DNA of 64,000 bases from Octopus vulgaris (lineage: Eukaryota). The position numbers and the translations under genes were made by a program. Numbering within the stretch: position 1 is the first letter of the stretch; each line of letters starts with the position of its first letter. The DNA lies in contig OX597830.1 of assembly GCA_951406725.2 (NCBI GenBank), positions 32,178,001 to 32,242,000 on the forward strand, read 5' to 3'. Shown here one piece after another: positions 41,195 through 53,470 of this stretch. The notes under the pieces are model-generated. The model ran no database searches. It worked only from the letters and a program-made list of their open reading frames with translations, and was not told where the DNA came from.

Positions 41195-41670
41195 TAACAC
41201 CTATGCTGAGCTGTTGAGAAATCTGCAGTTACTCTATCCAGATCACAAGTTCAGGTTTATACCTGTAATTATTGGGGCCATGGGATATGTAACACTCTGC
41301 CTAAATACCAGTCTTGAGTAACTGGGCTTCTCAGGACCAGAAAGTAGAAAGCTAATTCAAAGACTACAGATCTAATCCATCACCGGAACTGTAAAAATCT
41401 GTAAAACTTTCCAGAAGTTTATCATTTAAATATATTTGAGCATGTCTAGATATGTAACTATATGCATGAGAATACATACATAAAGTAAAACATACAAATC
41501 TGCACATATACATACATACATACATACATACATACATACATACATACATACATACAAACAAACAAAAATACTTTGTTGTTGATATTGAAATTCCAATGAA
41601 GGAGCCTTGGATCAGGTTAGAAAATGGCTCTTTCTCTATTGGCAAGAAATCTAGAAATAAAATTGTATAA
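41195..41670 (+). pseudogene. RLE-type LINE C-terminus plus 3' UTR
   Basis: YAELLRNLQLLYPDHKFRFIPVIIGAMGYV...LIQRLQI*SITGTVKICKTF resembles the KY..L......P.IIGALG RLE end; a UTR-like motif recurs at ~41085-41150 and ~41595-41665. Confidence 0.7.
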
Positions 41671-42317
41671 TGACGTACATACATACATACATACATACAT
41701 ACGTAAACCAGAAGCAATTATATCCATGAAATAGAAATAGAAGCAATTATATCAGTGATCAGACAGCAGAGGTGTGATGAAAATAGGATGAAGTAAAGGG
41801 AGAGGAAGTTATAAAAACATAATTAAAATTACCAATCATTTCACCTACTCTGTAATTACTCACATAAAAACTAAACAGGATACCTCTACATGATTGTTTC
41901 ACAAACAAGAAATATCAGCCAAATCTACCATTACAGTTTCTTGTTTTTAGAAGAAGAGGCAAGACATTTATACTATAAAGGAAGAAAGCTACTAATTAAT
42001 TTGTTTGGTATATGTATCTTTTACACAAAGAGAGTGATCATTAAAGTCAACCCTGAGAAGATAATTCTTAAAAATGCTGAAATATATTTTTATCAAAATG
42101 TAGTTTTCAAACTTCTTTTGTTATTGAAGATTATAACTATAGAATACTAATTTTTATTCATTTCTTGGTAGCATTCTCCTTTGTCTTCTTGCCACTCTCT
42201 CTCGTGCACTTCAAGATGCTACTTTCTACAGACACACCAGTAAACACTTTTCTCCAAATTTCTCCAAGGTTTCATTCAGTCACAGTCAAATTATATTCAT
42301 TCCAGTCTCCTTTCATA

Positions 42318-42500
42318 TTTACTCTTTTACTTGTTTCAGTTATTCGGCTGTGACCATGCTGGAGCACTGCTTTTAGTCGAACAAATCGACTCCAGGACTT
42401 ATTCTTTGTAAGCCTAGTACTTATTCTATTGGTCTCTATTACCAAGAACATCAACATCGGTTGTCAAGCAATGGTGTGGGGGACAAACACAGACACAAAT
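42318..42500 (-). mobile_element. SINE family A 3' half
   Basis: actcttttacttgtttcagt...ctttgtaagcctagtacttattcta. Confidence 0.85.
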
Positions 42501-42534
42501 ACATAAATACATACACACACACATATATATATTT

Positions 42535-42935
42535 ACATGCATATATAGGTACAGGACGTCACCAATGGTTAAACAACATGAAATACATAAACAAATGAGT
42601 TAAATACATAAACAACGAGAAAATCTGGAAAACAGGACAAGTAGACAGAGAGAAAGGACCTTTCCTAAGTTGTAGGCTATCTATCTTACTCCTCATTTCG
42701 AGCATTCAACGACAACATGAGTCTTCAAAGACAGTTACACCCATAAATTCTAAATTAAAAATTAGGATTTATGGAGGGCAAGATTGGGAACAAAAACAGG
42801 ACAGTGGAGACATACAAGGAAACTGAACGGGGTCCTTTCTGTGTTTACTTGTCCTGTTTCCATTTTTTCTCTTTGTTTACGTATTTCATGTTGTTTGAAC
42901 CACCGGTGATGTCCTGTACCCATATATGCACATAT
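42535..42935. repeat. Imperfect inverted repeat (~100-130 bp arms, ~170 bp spacer), possibly a Penelope-like terminus
   Basis: gcatatataggtacaggacgtcacc...aaacaggacaagtagacagagagaaaggacc pairs with ggtcctttctgtgtttacttgtcctgttt...ggtgatgtcctgtacccatatatgc. Confidence 0.8.
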
Positions 42936-43229
42936 ATATATTATTTACTATGTATTATTTAATTGAATACCATGCATCCATTTCCAAGTAAGTTTATCTT
43001 CATCTTTTTGATGTGACTCTCTTCTTTATACGTTCTTCCTCCATCCTTCTCTAATTCCTTTTTCTCACCCTCCTTCCTTCGCCGTTTTCTATCTGTCTCT
43101 CCCTCTTTCTCGTTTCTCTCTCGCTGCTCACACGTGACCATCTTCCATCTTTCTTTTCCTCACGTGACCATCTTTCTTTTCTTGCATGGATGTTCATAAG
43201 AGCGGACGTTTTTTTCTCTCTTCTATCTT

Positions 43230-43893
43230 TTCTCTTTTCAAAAGGTCCAGAGAACAAGGGGTCATCATACCACTTTTTTCCTCCTTTGTACGGCCACACC
43301 TTGAATACTGCTGCCCACTGTGGTCTCCCCATACAAGACAAAACATCTCCAGAATTGAGTCACCCCAGAGGGCACTCACTAAACGAATTGAAGGCATGGC
43401 TGCTCTCGATTATTGGGATCGCTTTAAAGCCTTGAAACTTTATTCCCTCCAGCGTCGCCGTGAGCGGTACATCATTTGTACGATGTGGAGAATATACCGC
43501 CAACTTTGCCCAAACAACCTTAACATTAGCTTCAAGGTTCATCCAAGACTGGGACCACGGGCCATACGTCCTCTGCCCAATTCAAGATCACAGCATACAT
43601 GTACACTGCAACATAATTTCTTTTCCTCAACAGGCCCTGCCCTATTTAACATTGTCCCGAGGGAGATCAAAGAGGAAAAGGATCCCATCAACTTTAAACG
43701 GAGTCTGGATAGATTCCTTCAAAGAATACCAGATAAGCCACCCATAATTGGATACAACTCACCCAACAAGAACTCACTACTTGAACAAAACTTGACTTAA
43801 ACAGGATTCGAATAATCCTATCAGGTGGTGCTATTAAGTTAGACATGGCCTGGACCAATCTTTGGTGGAAACATATCTAAGTTTATCTAAGTT

Positions 43894-43895
<2 letters not shown>
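43230..43895 (+). pseudogene. 5'-truncated CR1/L2-group LINE 3' end; ORF2 C-terminus still open to 43800
   Basis: LFSSFVRPHLEYCCPLWSPH....IESPQRALTKRIEGM..LDYWDR..ALKLYSLQRRRER...FN..P....FKRSLDRFL are CR1-like motifs; short tandem tail (tatctaagtt)x2. Confidence 0.88.
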
Positions 43896-43977
<82 letters not shown>

Positions 43978-44125
43978 TACACACATACACACACACACAT
44001 ATTTTATTTATTTATTTATCTAGTTTCAGCTCACAAGCTGTGGCCATGCTGGGGCACCTCCATTTATATATATTTATATATACAGAGAAAGAGAGAGAGA
44101 TAGGTAGATAGATAGAAAGATAGAT

Positions 44126-44317
44126 ACTGGCACTCCGTCGGTTACGACAACAAGGGTTCCAGTTGATTTGATCAACGGAACAACTTAACAGCTTATTCGT
44201 GAAATTAACGTACAAGTAGCTGACACGTGTGCTCTTAACGTAGTTCTCTGGGACCTTCAGCATGACACAGAATGTGACAAGGCTGTCCCTTTGAAATACA
44301 GGTACTACTCATTTTTG

Positions 44318-44318
<1 letters not shown>
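44126..44318 (-). mobile_element. SINE family D 3' part
   Basis: gacacagaatgtgacaaggctg..ttgaaatacaggtactactcattttt is the reverse complement of 11835-11890. Confidence 0.75.
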
Positions 44319-44360
<42 letters not shown>

Positions 44361-45136
44361 GTCAATGTATGTATGTGTTACAAACAAACGAAAGAATGCT
44401 GAATAAAAGATGTAGAATGTATATTTGTTCGATGAGAGCTAATGATTCACTCCATTGCTATTCTGAAAGACCATTTCAGCTGCCAATGTGGATATTTCTG
44501 AAACAACATATGACACAATTCTCATTGGCCCGAAATATACGAAAAGAATGTTACGTCGTATCCCATGTGGATATCAATGGATAAGCACTAACCTTCTTCA
44601 GTTTGGAAATTACGATTTGGAGAATATCAAAATGTTCTTAAAGAACATGCGTACATAGTAATCCGTTTTGACAGGGAGACACTATTATTCATCTTCTATT
44701 TATCATTCTTTACTTTTCAGTTAAGCCTCATCGGCAATTATTTGTTCCATTGGTGCATAACTTTCCTCTGTGCACGACATTCTTAGGGCTCGTTTCATTC
44801 ATCCAATCCTTTAATATCTATATGAATTGCGATGGAGAGGTGGTATTGAGTTTGTCTTTTGGCCTTAATGAATGTATATGTTGGATGTAACAGCTTTTAA
44901 AATTATTCGTATTGAGTTTTGTATAAGTCCTCTCCGCAAATACACACGCATTCATACGTATGTGTTTAGTATGCATACATGTATGTATGTAACATATATA
45001 CGTATGTATGTATGTATGTATGTATGTATGTATGTACACACACCGTAAATTCCCACGAAAACTTAAGAAACCAAAATATCTTCCTCAAACTGCTTTTACC
45101 CTTCTGTTGTAATCAGACGACACGATCTTTCTATGT

Positions 45137-46228
45137 ATGCTGATTGATGATAGCAACGCTGGTGGCGCTAATAATGATGTTAATGATGATGATGATGATG
45201 ATGATGACGACAACGACGACGAAGATGGGAACTACGATGACGACGACGACGATGAAAAGGATGATAATGATGGCGATGACGTTGATGACGATAACGACGA
45301 TGTTGACGACAATGATGATGATGACGACGACGACGATGACGACGATGGGGACGAGGATGACGACGACAATGATGACGGTGATGATGAAAGCCATGATGAT
45401 TGCGATAATAATGATGATGATGATAATGATACTGACGATAACGACGATGACGACCATGTTGACGATGATGACGACGATGATGATAATGATGTTAATGATG
45501 ACGATGACAATGATGATGTTGATGATGATGATGATGATGACGACGATGATGAGAATGATGTTAATGATGATGATGACAATGATGATGTTGATGATGACGA
45601 TGATGATGATAATGACGTTAATGATGATGATGATGACGACGATGATGAGAATGATGTTAATGATGACGATGACAATGATGATGTTGATGATGACGACGAT
45701 GATGATAACGACATTAATGATGATGATGATGACGACGATGATGAGAATGATGTTAATGATGACGATGACAATGATGATGTTGATGATAACGACGATGATG
45801 ATAATGACGTTAATGATGATGATGATGACGACGATGATGAGAATGATGTTAATGATGACGATGACAATGATGATGTTGATGATGACGACGATGATGATAA
45901 CGATATTAATGATGATGATGATGACGACGATGATGAGAATGATGTTAATGATGACGATGACAATGATGATGTTGATGATAACGACGATGATGATAATGAC
46001 GTTAATGATGATGATGATGACGACGATGATGATAATGATGTTAATGATGACCATGATGATGATGATGACGACAATCATGATAATGATATTAATGATGACG
46101 ACGACGACGATGATGATGACGATGATCGTGACACTGATGATGCAGATGATGACGACGGCACTGACGATGTTGACGACATTGATGAAACTGGTGCTGTTCA
46201 GATAGTGTTGACGAGAAAGACAGTTTGA
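45137..46228 (+). other. Degenerate (GAY/AAY)n array forming a 363-codon Asp-rich ORF with an internal 96-bp tandem repeat; coding status unproven
   Basis: The frame is open throughout; gagaatgatgttaat recurs at 45551, 45647, 45743, 45839 and 45935. Confidence 0.35.
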
Positions 46229-46544
46229 TTCCTTGCTAACGTGTATTCTTGAAATTTTATGAGGTTTGTGTCAGTACAGCTGTTTATTGATTGGTTCGTT
46301 GCTATCTTATTATTTATGTTTTTGCCGTTTGTTTGCACGATTTTTTATTTTTAATTTTGTTTTTATTTTATTTCGTTTATATTTATACTTTGTTTTTCAT
46401 AGCGTCTTGTCAGACCGACTAATTTTGATTAGTTCATTGTCCAGCGAAGCGTCTCAGTCTTGTTGACCAGTTATTGTTTGTGTGTAAAGCTGGTCAGGTC
46501 AAGGAGTGACCAAATGGTGGCGGGAGAGTGGTGCGCACTGGTTA

Positions 46545-46575
<31 letters not shown>

Positions 46576-46831
46576 GGAAAGAAAGAGAGAGAGGAAGGGA
46601 GAGAGAGCGGAGGGAGTAAATTAATATGCTGGTTTGTATTAGGAAAAAAAAAAAAACCTTCGGGGATTCTTGGATAATTAACAGAAAGTAAGAGTTAGAC
46701 ACAGACAGATAGGTAGTTACACACACACACACACACTCACATACACACACACACAAACGCACACGCACATACACACTCATACACACATATATATATATAT
46801 ATACATATATATATGTATGTGTATATATATG

Positions 46832-46907
<76 letters not shown>

Positions 46908-46962
46908 AAGTAAGAGAAAAATACATATATATATATATATATATATGTATATGCGTGTGTGC

Positions 46963-46994
<32 letters not shown>

Positions 46995-48344
46995 GCAATC
47001 ATATACATGTATGTTCATACAAACGTAGAGAAATGTATATATTCAAATACACATCCACACAGTCATGAACATATACACCTACCCACACACACGTCTGTGT
47101 AAACACACATATAAATATACATACATTCATACATACATGCATACATACATGCATACATACATACATACATACATACATACATACATACATACATACATAC
47201 ATACATACATGCATACATACATACATACATACATACATACATACATACATACATACATACATACATACATACATGCATGCATGCATATATACATATATAC
47301 ATACATATATGCATGCATGTGTGAGCGAAAGTAAAAGAGGAGAAAAAGAGAAAGGATAATAGAAAGCAGACAGAGAGAAAGAGAGAGAGGTGTCGTGATA
47401 AAGAGATAGAAAGAGGTGGGAGCACTAAACAATGAACTAATGAATTAACAGTACGATAGATGTACTGACAGAACTAACGAAGAAGGAGAGAGAGAAAAGG
47501 AATGAGAAAGTGGGAGGGAGACAGAGGAGGAGGAGTAGACAGAGAGATGGGCAAATAGATAAATAGACAGAGAGACAGAGAGAAAGACATAAGAATAGGC
47601 ACTCACTGATAAGTAAACATAGATAAATAATTAAGCAGGAAAGATGTAAAGTGAGATGAAAGAGAGATGGACATAGAGAGAAGAATAAGAAGTGGGGGGA
47701 GGAGACAAAAATATACACTCACTACAATACGCATGCACATATATAAATATACATACATATATAAACACATATTCATGTGTGTGTGTGTATGTATATGTAT
47801 GTATATGTATGTACATGAACATATAATTATTCAACTGTACGTACACGCATATACAAAAAAAATAAACACACACACACACATACACACACACACATATATA
47901 TACACAGACATATAGACATATTCACACATTCCTAAGCACACGTATGTAAACGCACGAACATACAAAAACACACTCGTACATATAAACACATAATAGTCGA
48001 ACACACGACACAATACATATGCACGTATACACAGAAATACACATATGTATGTTGACTTATAAAAACAATCACACGTTCTTGCACACGCACACACTCACAC
48101 ACACATATACATATACATACATATATATGTTTATATATATATACATGTATATATATATATGTGTGTGTGGGGGGGTGTCTATATTTATATCTGTATATGT
48201 ATATATGTGTGTGTGTCTATATTTATATATGTGTGTATATATATGTGTGTGTGTGTGTATATATATATGTATGTATATGTGTGTATATATATGTATGTGT
48301 GTCTATATTTGTATATGTATATATATACATATGCATATATATAC

Positions 48345-48383
<39 letters not shown>

Positions 48384-48541
48384 AATGTATATGTATGTGT
48401 ATATATGTGTGTCTATATTTATATATGTATATATATACGTATATATATATGTATATATATATACGTATGTATATATGTGTGTGTGTGTCTATATTTATAT
48501 ATGTATATGTATATATATAGATATAAATGTATATGTATGTG

Positions 48542-48583
<42 letters not shown>

Positions 48584-48605
48584 AGTATATGTACATATAT
48601 ATACG

Positions 48606-48646
<41 letters not shown>

Positions 48647-49278
48647 ATACATACATGCATACGTACATACACACACACATAAAAAGAAGTTGATAAACAA
48701 TTAGCTAGATAGATGAAAGGTTTTCGCTGATAGTTTTGATGTAGCACAAAAGACAAAAATGCTCTCACTTCTCAGCAAATTCATTAATAACAGGATAGCA
48801 TTCCAATTTAGCAACGGTTTGTTATGGAAGTAAGTTCTTCAAAACGAATCTTCGAATTACAGAAGGAACTTGACCTATTGGGAAAGCTTTTGTTCTTGTC
48901 AGTCTGCAAATACTCGGTGCAAAGTACGAATACAGGAATAACCATTCTTCTAATAATGAGAAATTAGGAGAAAATAGAAAAACTAAAAACATTATCGGTT
49001 TGTTTCGTTATGGTTTTAACCCTTTTATTTTCGTTGAAATACACAGCCTTTGCTTCAATTAATTTTAAAAATTAATGAAGAATCGAGTAAAAAATAACTT
49101 TATCATTAACGATCGCAAAGTTTGGAACAAGGTTAGCGATTTTGGGGGAAGGAACTGGTCGATATCATCGTCCCCAGTTTTTGGTACTTTATTTTGTCGT
49201 CCCAACAAAGATGAAAAGCTGAGTCGACCTTTGTGGAAAAGAAAAGCTGGAAGAACAACAGATAAGTAAATTTTTTTC

Positions 49279-49675
49279 GTGGCTGTGTGGTAAGTAGCTT
49301 GCTAACCAACCACATGGTTCCGGTTCAGTCCCACTGCCTGGCACCTTGGCCAAGTGTCTTCTACTATAGCCTCGGGCCGTCCAAAGCCTTGTGAGTGGAT
49401 TTGGTAGACGGAAACTGAAAGAAGCCCATATATATATGTATATGAATATATATATGTGTGTGTGTTTATGTGTTTGTGTTTGTCCCCCCAACATCGCTTG
49501 ACAACTGATGCTGGTGTGTTTACGTCCCCGTAACCCAGCGGTTCGGCAAAAGAGACCGATAGAATAAGTACTAGGCTTACAAAGAATAAGTCATGGGGGC
49601 GATTTGCTCGACTAAAGGCAGTGCTCCAGCATGGCCACAGTCAAATGACTGAAACAAGTAAAAGAGTAAAGAGTA
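49279..49675 (+). mobile_element. SINE family A, full length
   Basis: Collinear with the other A copies. Confidence 0.9.
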
Positions 49676-49689
49676 TATATTTCTTTAAA

Positions 49690-50075
49690 CGCGGCGAGCT
49701 GGCAGAAACGTTAGCACGCCGGGCGAAATGCGTAGCCGTATTTCGTCTGCCATTACGTTCTGAGTTCAAATTCCACCGAGGTCGACTTTGCCTTTCATCC
49801 TTTCAGGGTCGATTAAATAAGTACCAGTTACGCACTGGGGTCGACATAATCGACTTAACCCGTTTGTCTGTCCTTGTTTGTCCTCTCTGTATTAGTGGGT
49901 AGTAAAGGAATAGGTATTTCGTCTGTCTTTACGTTCTAAGTTCAAATTCAGCCGAGTTCGACTTTGCCTTTCATCCTTTCGGGGTCGATAAATTAAGTAC
50001 CAGTTACGTACTGGGGTCGATCTAATCGACTGGCCCCTCTCCAAATTTCGGACCTTGTGCCTAGAGTAGTAAAGA
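49690..50075 (+). mobile_element. SINE family B, dimeric/tandem arrangement
   Basis: A full copy (49690-49910) is followed by a second internal unit (gtatttcgtctg...) ending in the alternative 3' end ggaccttgtgcct. Confidence 0.85.
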
Positions 50076-50244
50076 ACATATATTTCTTTAAAACAGGAAC
50101 TTTGCATCATAGAAGCAGGAACAGCCTCAAACAGACTGGTAACAAAAGAGTTGTGATAATGGAGGATAATGTTGATAGTAACAATAAATTTTGGAAGCAA
50201 GATGTTAGCTGTTTAAATTCGCTCCATTAAAAAAAAACAAAACT

Positions 50245-50420
50245 TACCTTCTCGAGTCATGGTGAATCACAAAGGGCGGTTTCTTGGTTTCATGACGAAT
50301 ATATTCCGCACCTGAACGGGATGCCAGTCCATCGCAGGATTACACATTTTTGCCAGCTGAGCTGACTGGAGCAACGTGAAACGAAGTGTTTTCTTCAAGA
50401 ACACAAAGTGTCGCCCAGTC
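50245..50420 (-). mobile_element. SINE D-related element with a V-SINE-like domain
   Basis: Minus strand reads gtgttcttgaagaaaacacttcgtttcacgttgctccagtc...cctgcgatggactggcatccc, which resembles the conserved V-domain (recalled, not aligned). Confidence 0.55.
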
Positions 50421-50429
50421 TATTTTTTC

Positions 50430-51265
50430 CAGGTGCAAGCGAAAATGCAGAAGTATACCAAGGATCAACTCCTGGTAGACAAAACTGTACTTAGAGACTG
50501 CAAAAAGAGGAAAACTAACTTAGTCATGTCATGGATCGATTATCGTAAGGCATATGATACGATCCCACATTCTTGGATTATGGAATGTATAAACCTATTT
50601 GGTACTGCATCGAATGTTGAGCGATTGCTTGGAAAAAGTATGGCGAAGCGGAGGACGGAACTGACAGCATATGGAAGAAGTTTAGAGACAATAGAAATTA
50701 GGTGAGGCATCTTCCAAGAGGACTGTCTGTCCCCACCGATCTTTGTATTGTGCATGTTACCACTAACACTGATTCTCAGGAAAGTAAAGGCTGGGTATGT
50801 ATTCAAGAAGTGCTAAAAAGAGCCAACCACTTGTTATTCATGGATGACTTCAAACTTTATGGTAAAGATGAATCCCAAGTCAGTTCCCTCGTTGATTCGG
50901 TGTATACTCTCAGTGCTGATACCTTGCTGACAGCAAGGTATGCGATAAGGAAGAAAGAAAAGTCGATAGATATGACAGGTTAGATCGGGAGGTTAAGCAA
51001 TTGTGGTCGCTGAAAAAGGTGGCAGTAGTACCAATAATTGTCGGAGCCCTGGGAACAGTGAGTAAAATTCTTGAGAAGTGCATGGAACAAATAGGGACTG
51101 CAATAAGGGTGGAGCACTTGCAGAAATCAGCACTGCTTGGAACCGCTCGGATACTCCGGATGATGCTCAAGAAATAAGTAGTGTTACCATAGTTCACTGG
51201 TAGTGAATAGCTGACACCGTAGTACATCTCCAGCGTTAGAAAGTGTGCAAAGACAAAACAATGAT
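50430..51265 (+). pseudogene. Internally deleted R4/Dong-like LINE (RT fused to the RLE C-terminus)
   Basis: TKDQLLVDK..SWIDYRKAYDTIPHSW..GIFQEDCLSP..NHLLFMDDFKLY, then directly ..KVDRY..LW....VVPIIVGALG...LQKSALLGTARILR*. Confidence 0.88.
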
Positions 51266-51879
51266 AATATTTCTTTCTAATTTTAGCACATCCCAAGTAA
51301 TTTTGAGGGGATGGGCAAGTCGATAACATCGACCCCAGTACACAACTGATACTTATTTCAGGCTGCAAAGTTAAGTCGACGTTAGCAGAATTTGAACTCA
51401 GAACAAAAACGAACAAACCTAAATACGAGGTGCATTCTAAAAGTATCCGACTTCATTTTTTTCCCCGCTAAAACTAATGTCACGTGGGTAAAACCTTTTG
51501 GGTTGTAGGTGACGCCACCCTTCCTGCGCATGCAGGAATTTTCGCGCCGGTAGACCGCGTCAGTTCCCAACTTTTACGCTTAGAGTACAGACTAGTAGTC
51601 TGTCGTACTTCGTTTTCATGCAAGATGATCGAATGCATCGACCAGAGATCAAAGCCCATATCTCATCACCAGTGATGATGATGCTATGTGACTGGTAATT
51701 TATTTTACAGACCCCCAAGGGATTGGGAGACAAAATTGATCTCGGCGGGATTTGAACTCAGAATGTAAAGACCAGTGTCAAATATCAGAAATCATTTTCC
51801 CCAACGTTCAAACAATTAAACCAATACATGCTCTTTTAATAATAATAATAATAATAATGATAATAATAATAATAATAAT

Positions 51880-51939
<60 letters not shown>

Positions 51940-51942
<3 letters not shown>

Positions 51943-52104
51943 GCAGGAGTGGCTGTGTGGTAAGTAGCTTGCTAACCAACCACATGGTTCCGGGTTCAGT
52001 CCCACTGCGTGGCATCTTGGGCAAGTGTCTTCTGCTATAGCCCCGGGCCGACCAATGCCTTGTGAGTGGATTTGGTAGACGGAAACTGAAAGAAGCCTGT
52101 CGTA

Positions 52105-52175
<71 letters not shown>

Positions 52176-52382
52176 ATGTGTGTGTGTTTGTGTTTGTCCC
52201 CCTAGCATAGGTTGACAACCGATGCTGGTGTGTTTACGTCCCCGTCACTTAGCGGTTCGGCAAAAGAGACCGATAGAATAAGTACTGGGCTTACAAAGCA
52301 TAAGTCCCGGGGTCGATTTGATACACAAAAGGCGGTGCTCCAGCATGGCCGCAGTCAAATGACTGAAGCATATAAAAGAGTA
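51940..52382 (+). mobile_element. SINE family A, young copy
   Basis: Collinear with the other A copies; CpG retained. Confidence 0.9.
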
Positions 52383-52504
52383 ATATATAAACACATCTAT
52401 CTATCCATCTCTCTCTCTTTATATATATATATATATATATATGAAATTACAAATTGAAAGCAGCTCTAGTAATGTAGACCTTATCGCTCGCACATACAGT
52501 GTTT

Positions 52505-52853
52505 GCTTTTGTTTTGTTTATACAGCGAATTTGATGCAGTTTTGCGTCTTGGGAAAGCCCCCTACACATACCAAGTGCTAAATAACAGGCGAATGTCAGA
52601 GACCAGGCGAGTTAAATCGAAATCAGCGAGAATGATAGATATTGATATTTCGCCATTATTATGGTCTGTCAATACCATGTATATATATATGTATATACCA
52701 GATCCACAATAATGGTTAAATAGTGATGTCTATCGTTCTTGATGATTCGAGGGCGAGTTATTTCGCCTGGTATATGACATTCAGGGGTTCTTTAACACTT
52801 GGCGTGCGCAGGATCCTATGCCGCAGTATATTCAGCGTATAAACAAAACATAA
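52505..52853. repeat. Decayed ~350-bp fold-back (MITE-like)
   Basis: Symmetric paired blocks: ttttgtttatac/gtataaacaaaa, ccaagtg/cacttgg, gaatgtca..ccaggcga/tcgcctgg..tgacattc and ccattatt/aataatgg, around a central (AT)n. Confidence 0.75.
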
Positions 52854-52860
52854 AATGTGA

Positions 52861-53470
52861 ATACAGTCCTATATTTAAAAGATGAGGAATTATGTACATT
52901 ATTTACATATTATATTCAAGCCAGGTGGTATTAGCTTTGTGTCTCTACGTCTACATAGGAAAGTTCGATGGTTTGAAAGACGAGCTAGTTTTTGATGGTG
53001 TTTCTCTATATGTCTCTATTAAAGTTCAATGTCGGTTCGTACCAATTAGATAATACAGTTCTATATTTAAGAGATGAGGAATTATGTACATTATTTACAT
53101 TATTTACTGAACGTATTAATAACATGCACCAAGTATGGATTCAGGACATCCGTATACCGCAAGCCGACCTTCACTGGACGATACTTCAACTTCAACTCTC
53201 ACCATCCATACAATGTAAAAAGAGGGATTGCTCAGTGCCTGAAACATCGAGCAAAGAATATAAGTAGCGATCGTGATACCCACCACGAAGAAATGATCAA
53301 GCTCAGTAACAATCTTTTAAGCAACAACTACCCCAAAAACCTACTAGCCATTCCAATTATAAAGAAAAGGGAGGATGAAACCAATGAACTGTCCTCAGTT
53401 TGTCTACTCTATGTGAAAGGCCTCTCCAAAAAGATACAAAAGATGTGCGGCCCAAAGCTACAACAACCTT
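52861..53470. pseudogene. Penelope-like element remnants, rearranged
   Basis: Plus strand 53135-53450 encodes FRTSVYRKPTFTGRYFNFNSHHP...K..I...L.HRA..I.S...NNYP..L.YVKGLS.KI (PLE RT thumb/linker). Minus strand 52915-53015 encodes IEKHHQKLARLSNHRTFLCRRRDTKLIPPGL (PLE N-terminus-like). A 50-bp direct repeat lies at 52861 and 53053. Confidence 0.8.
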
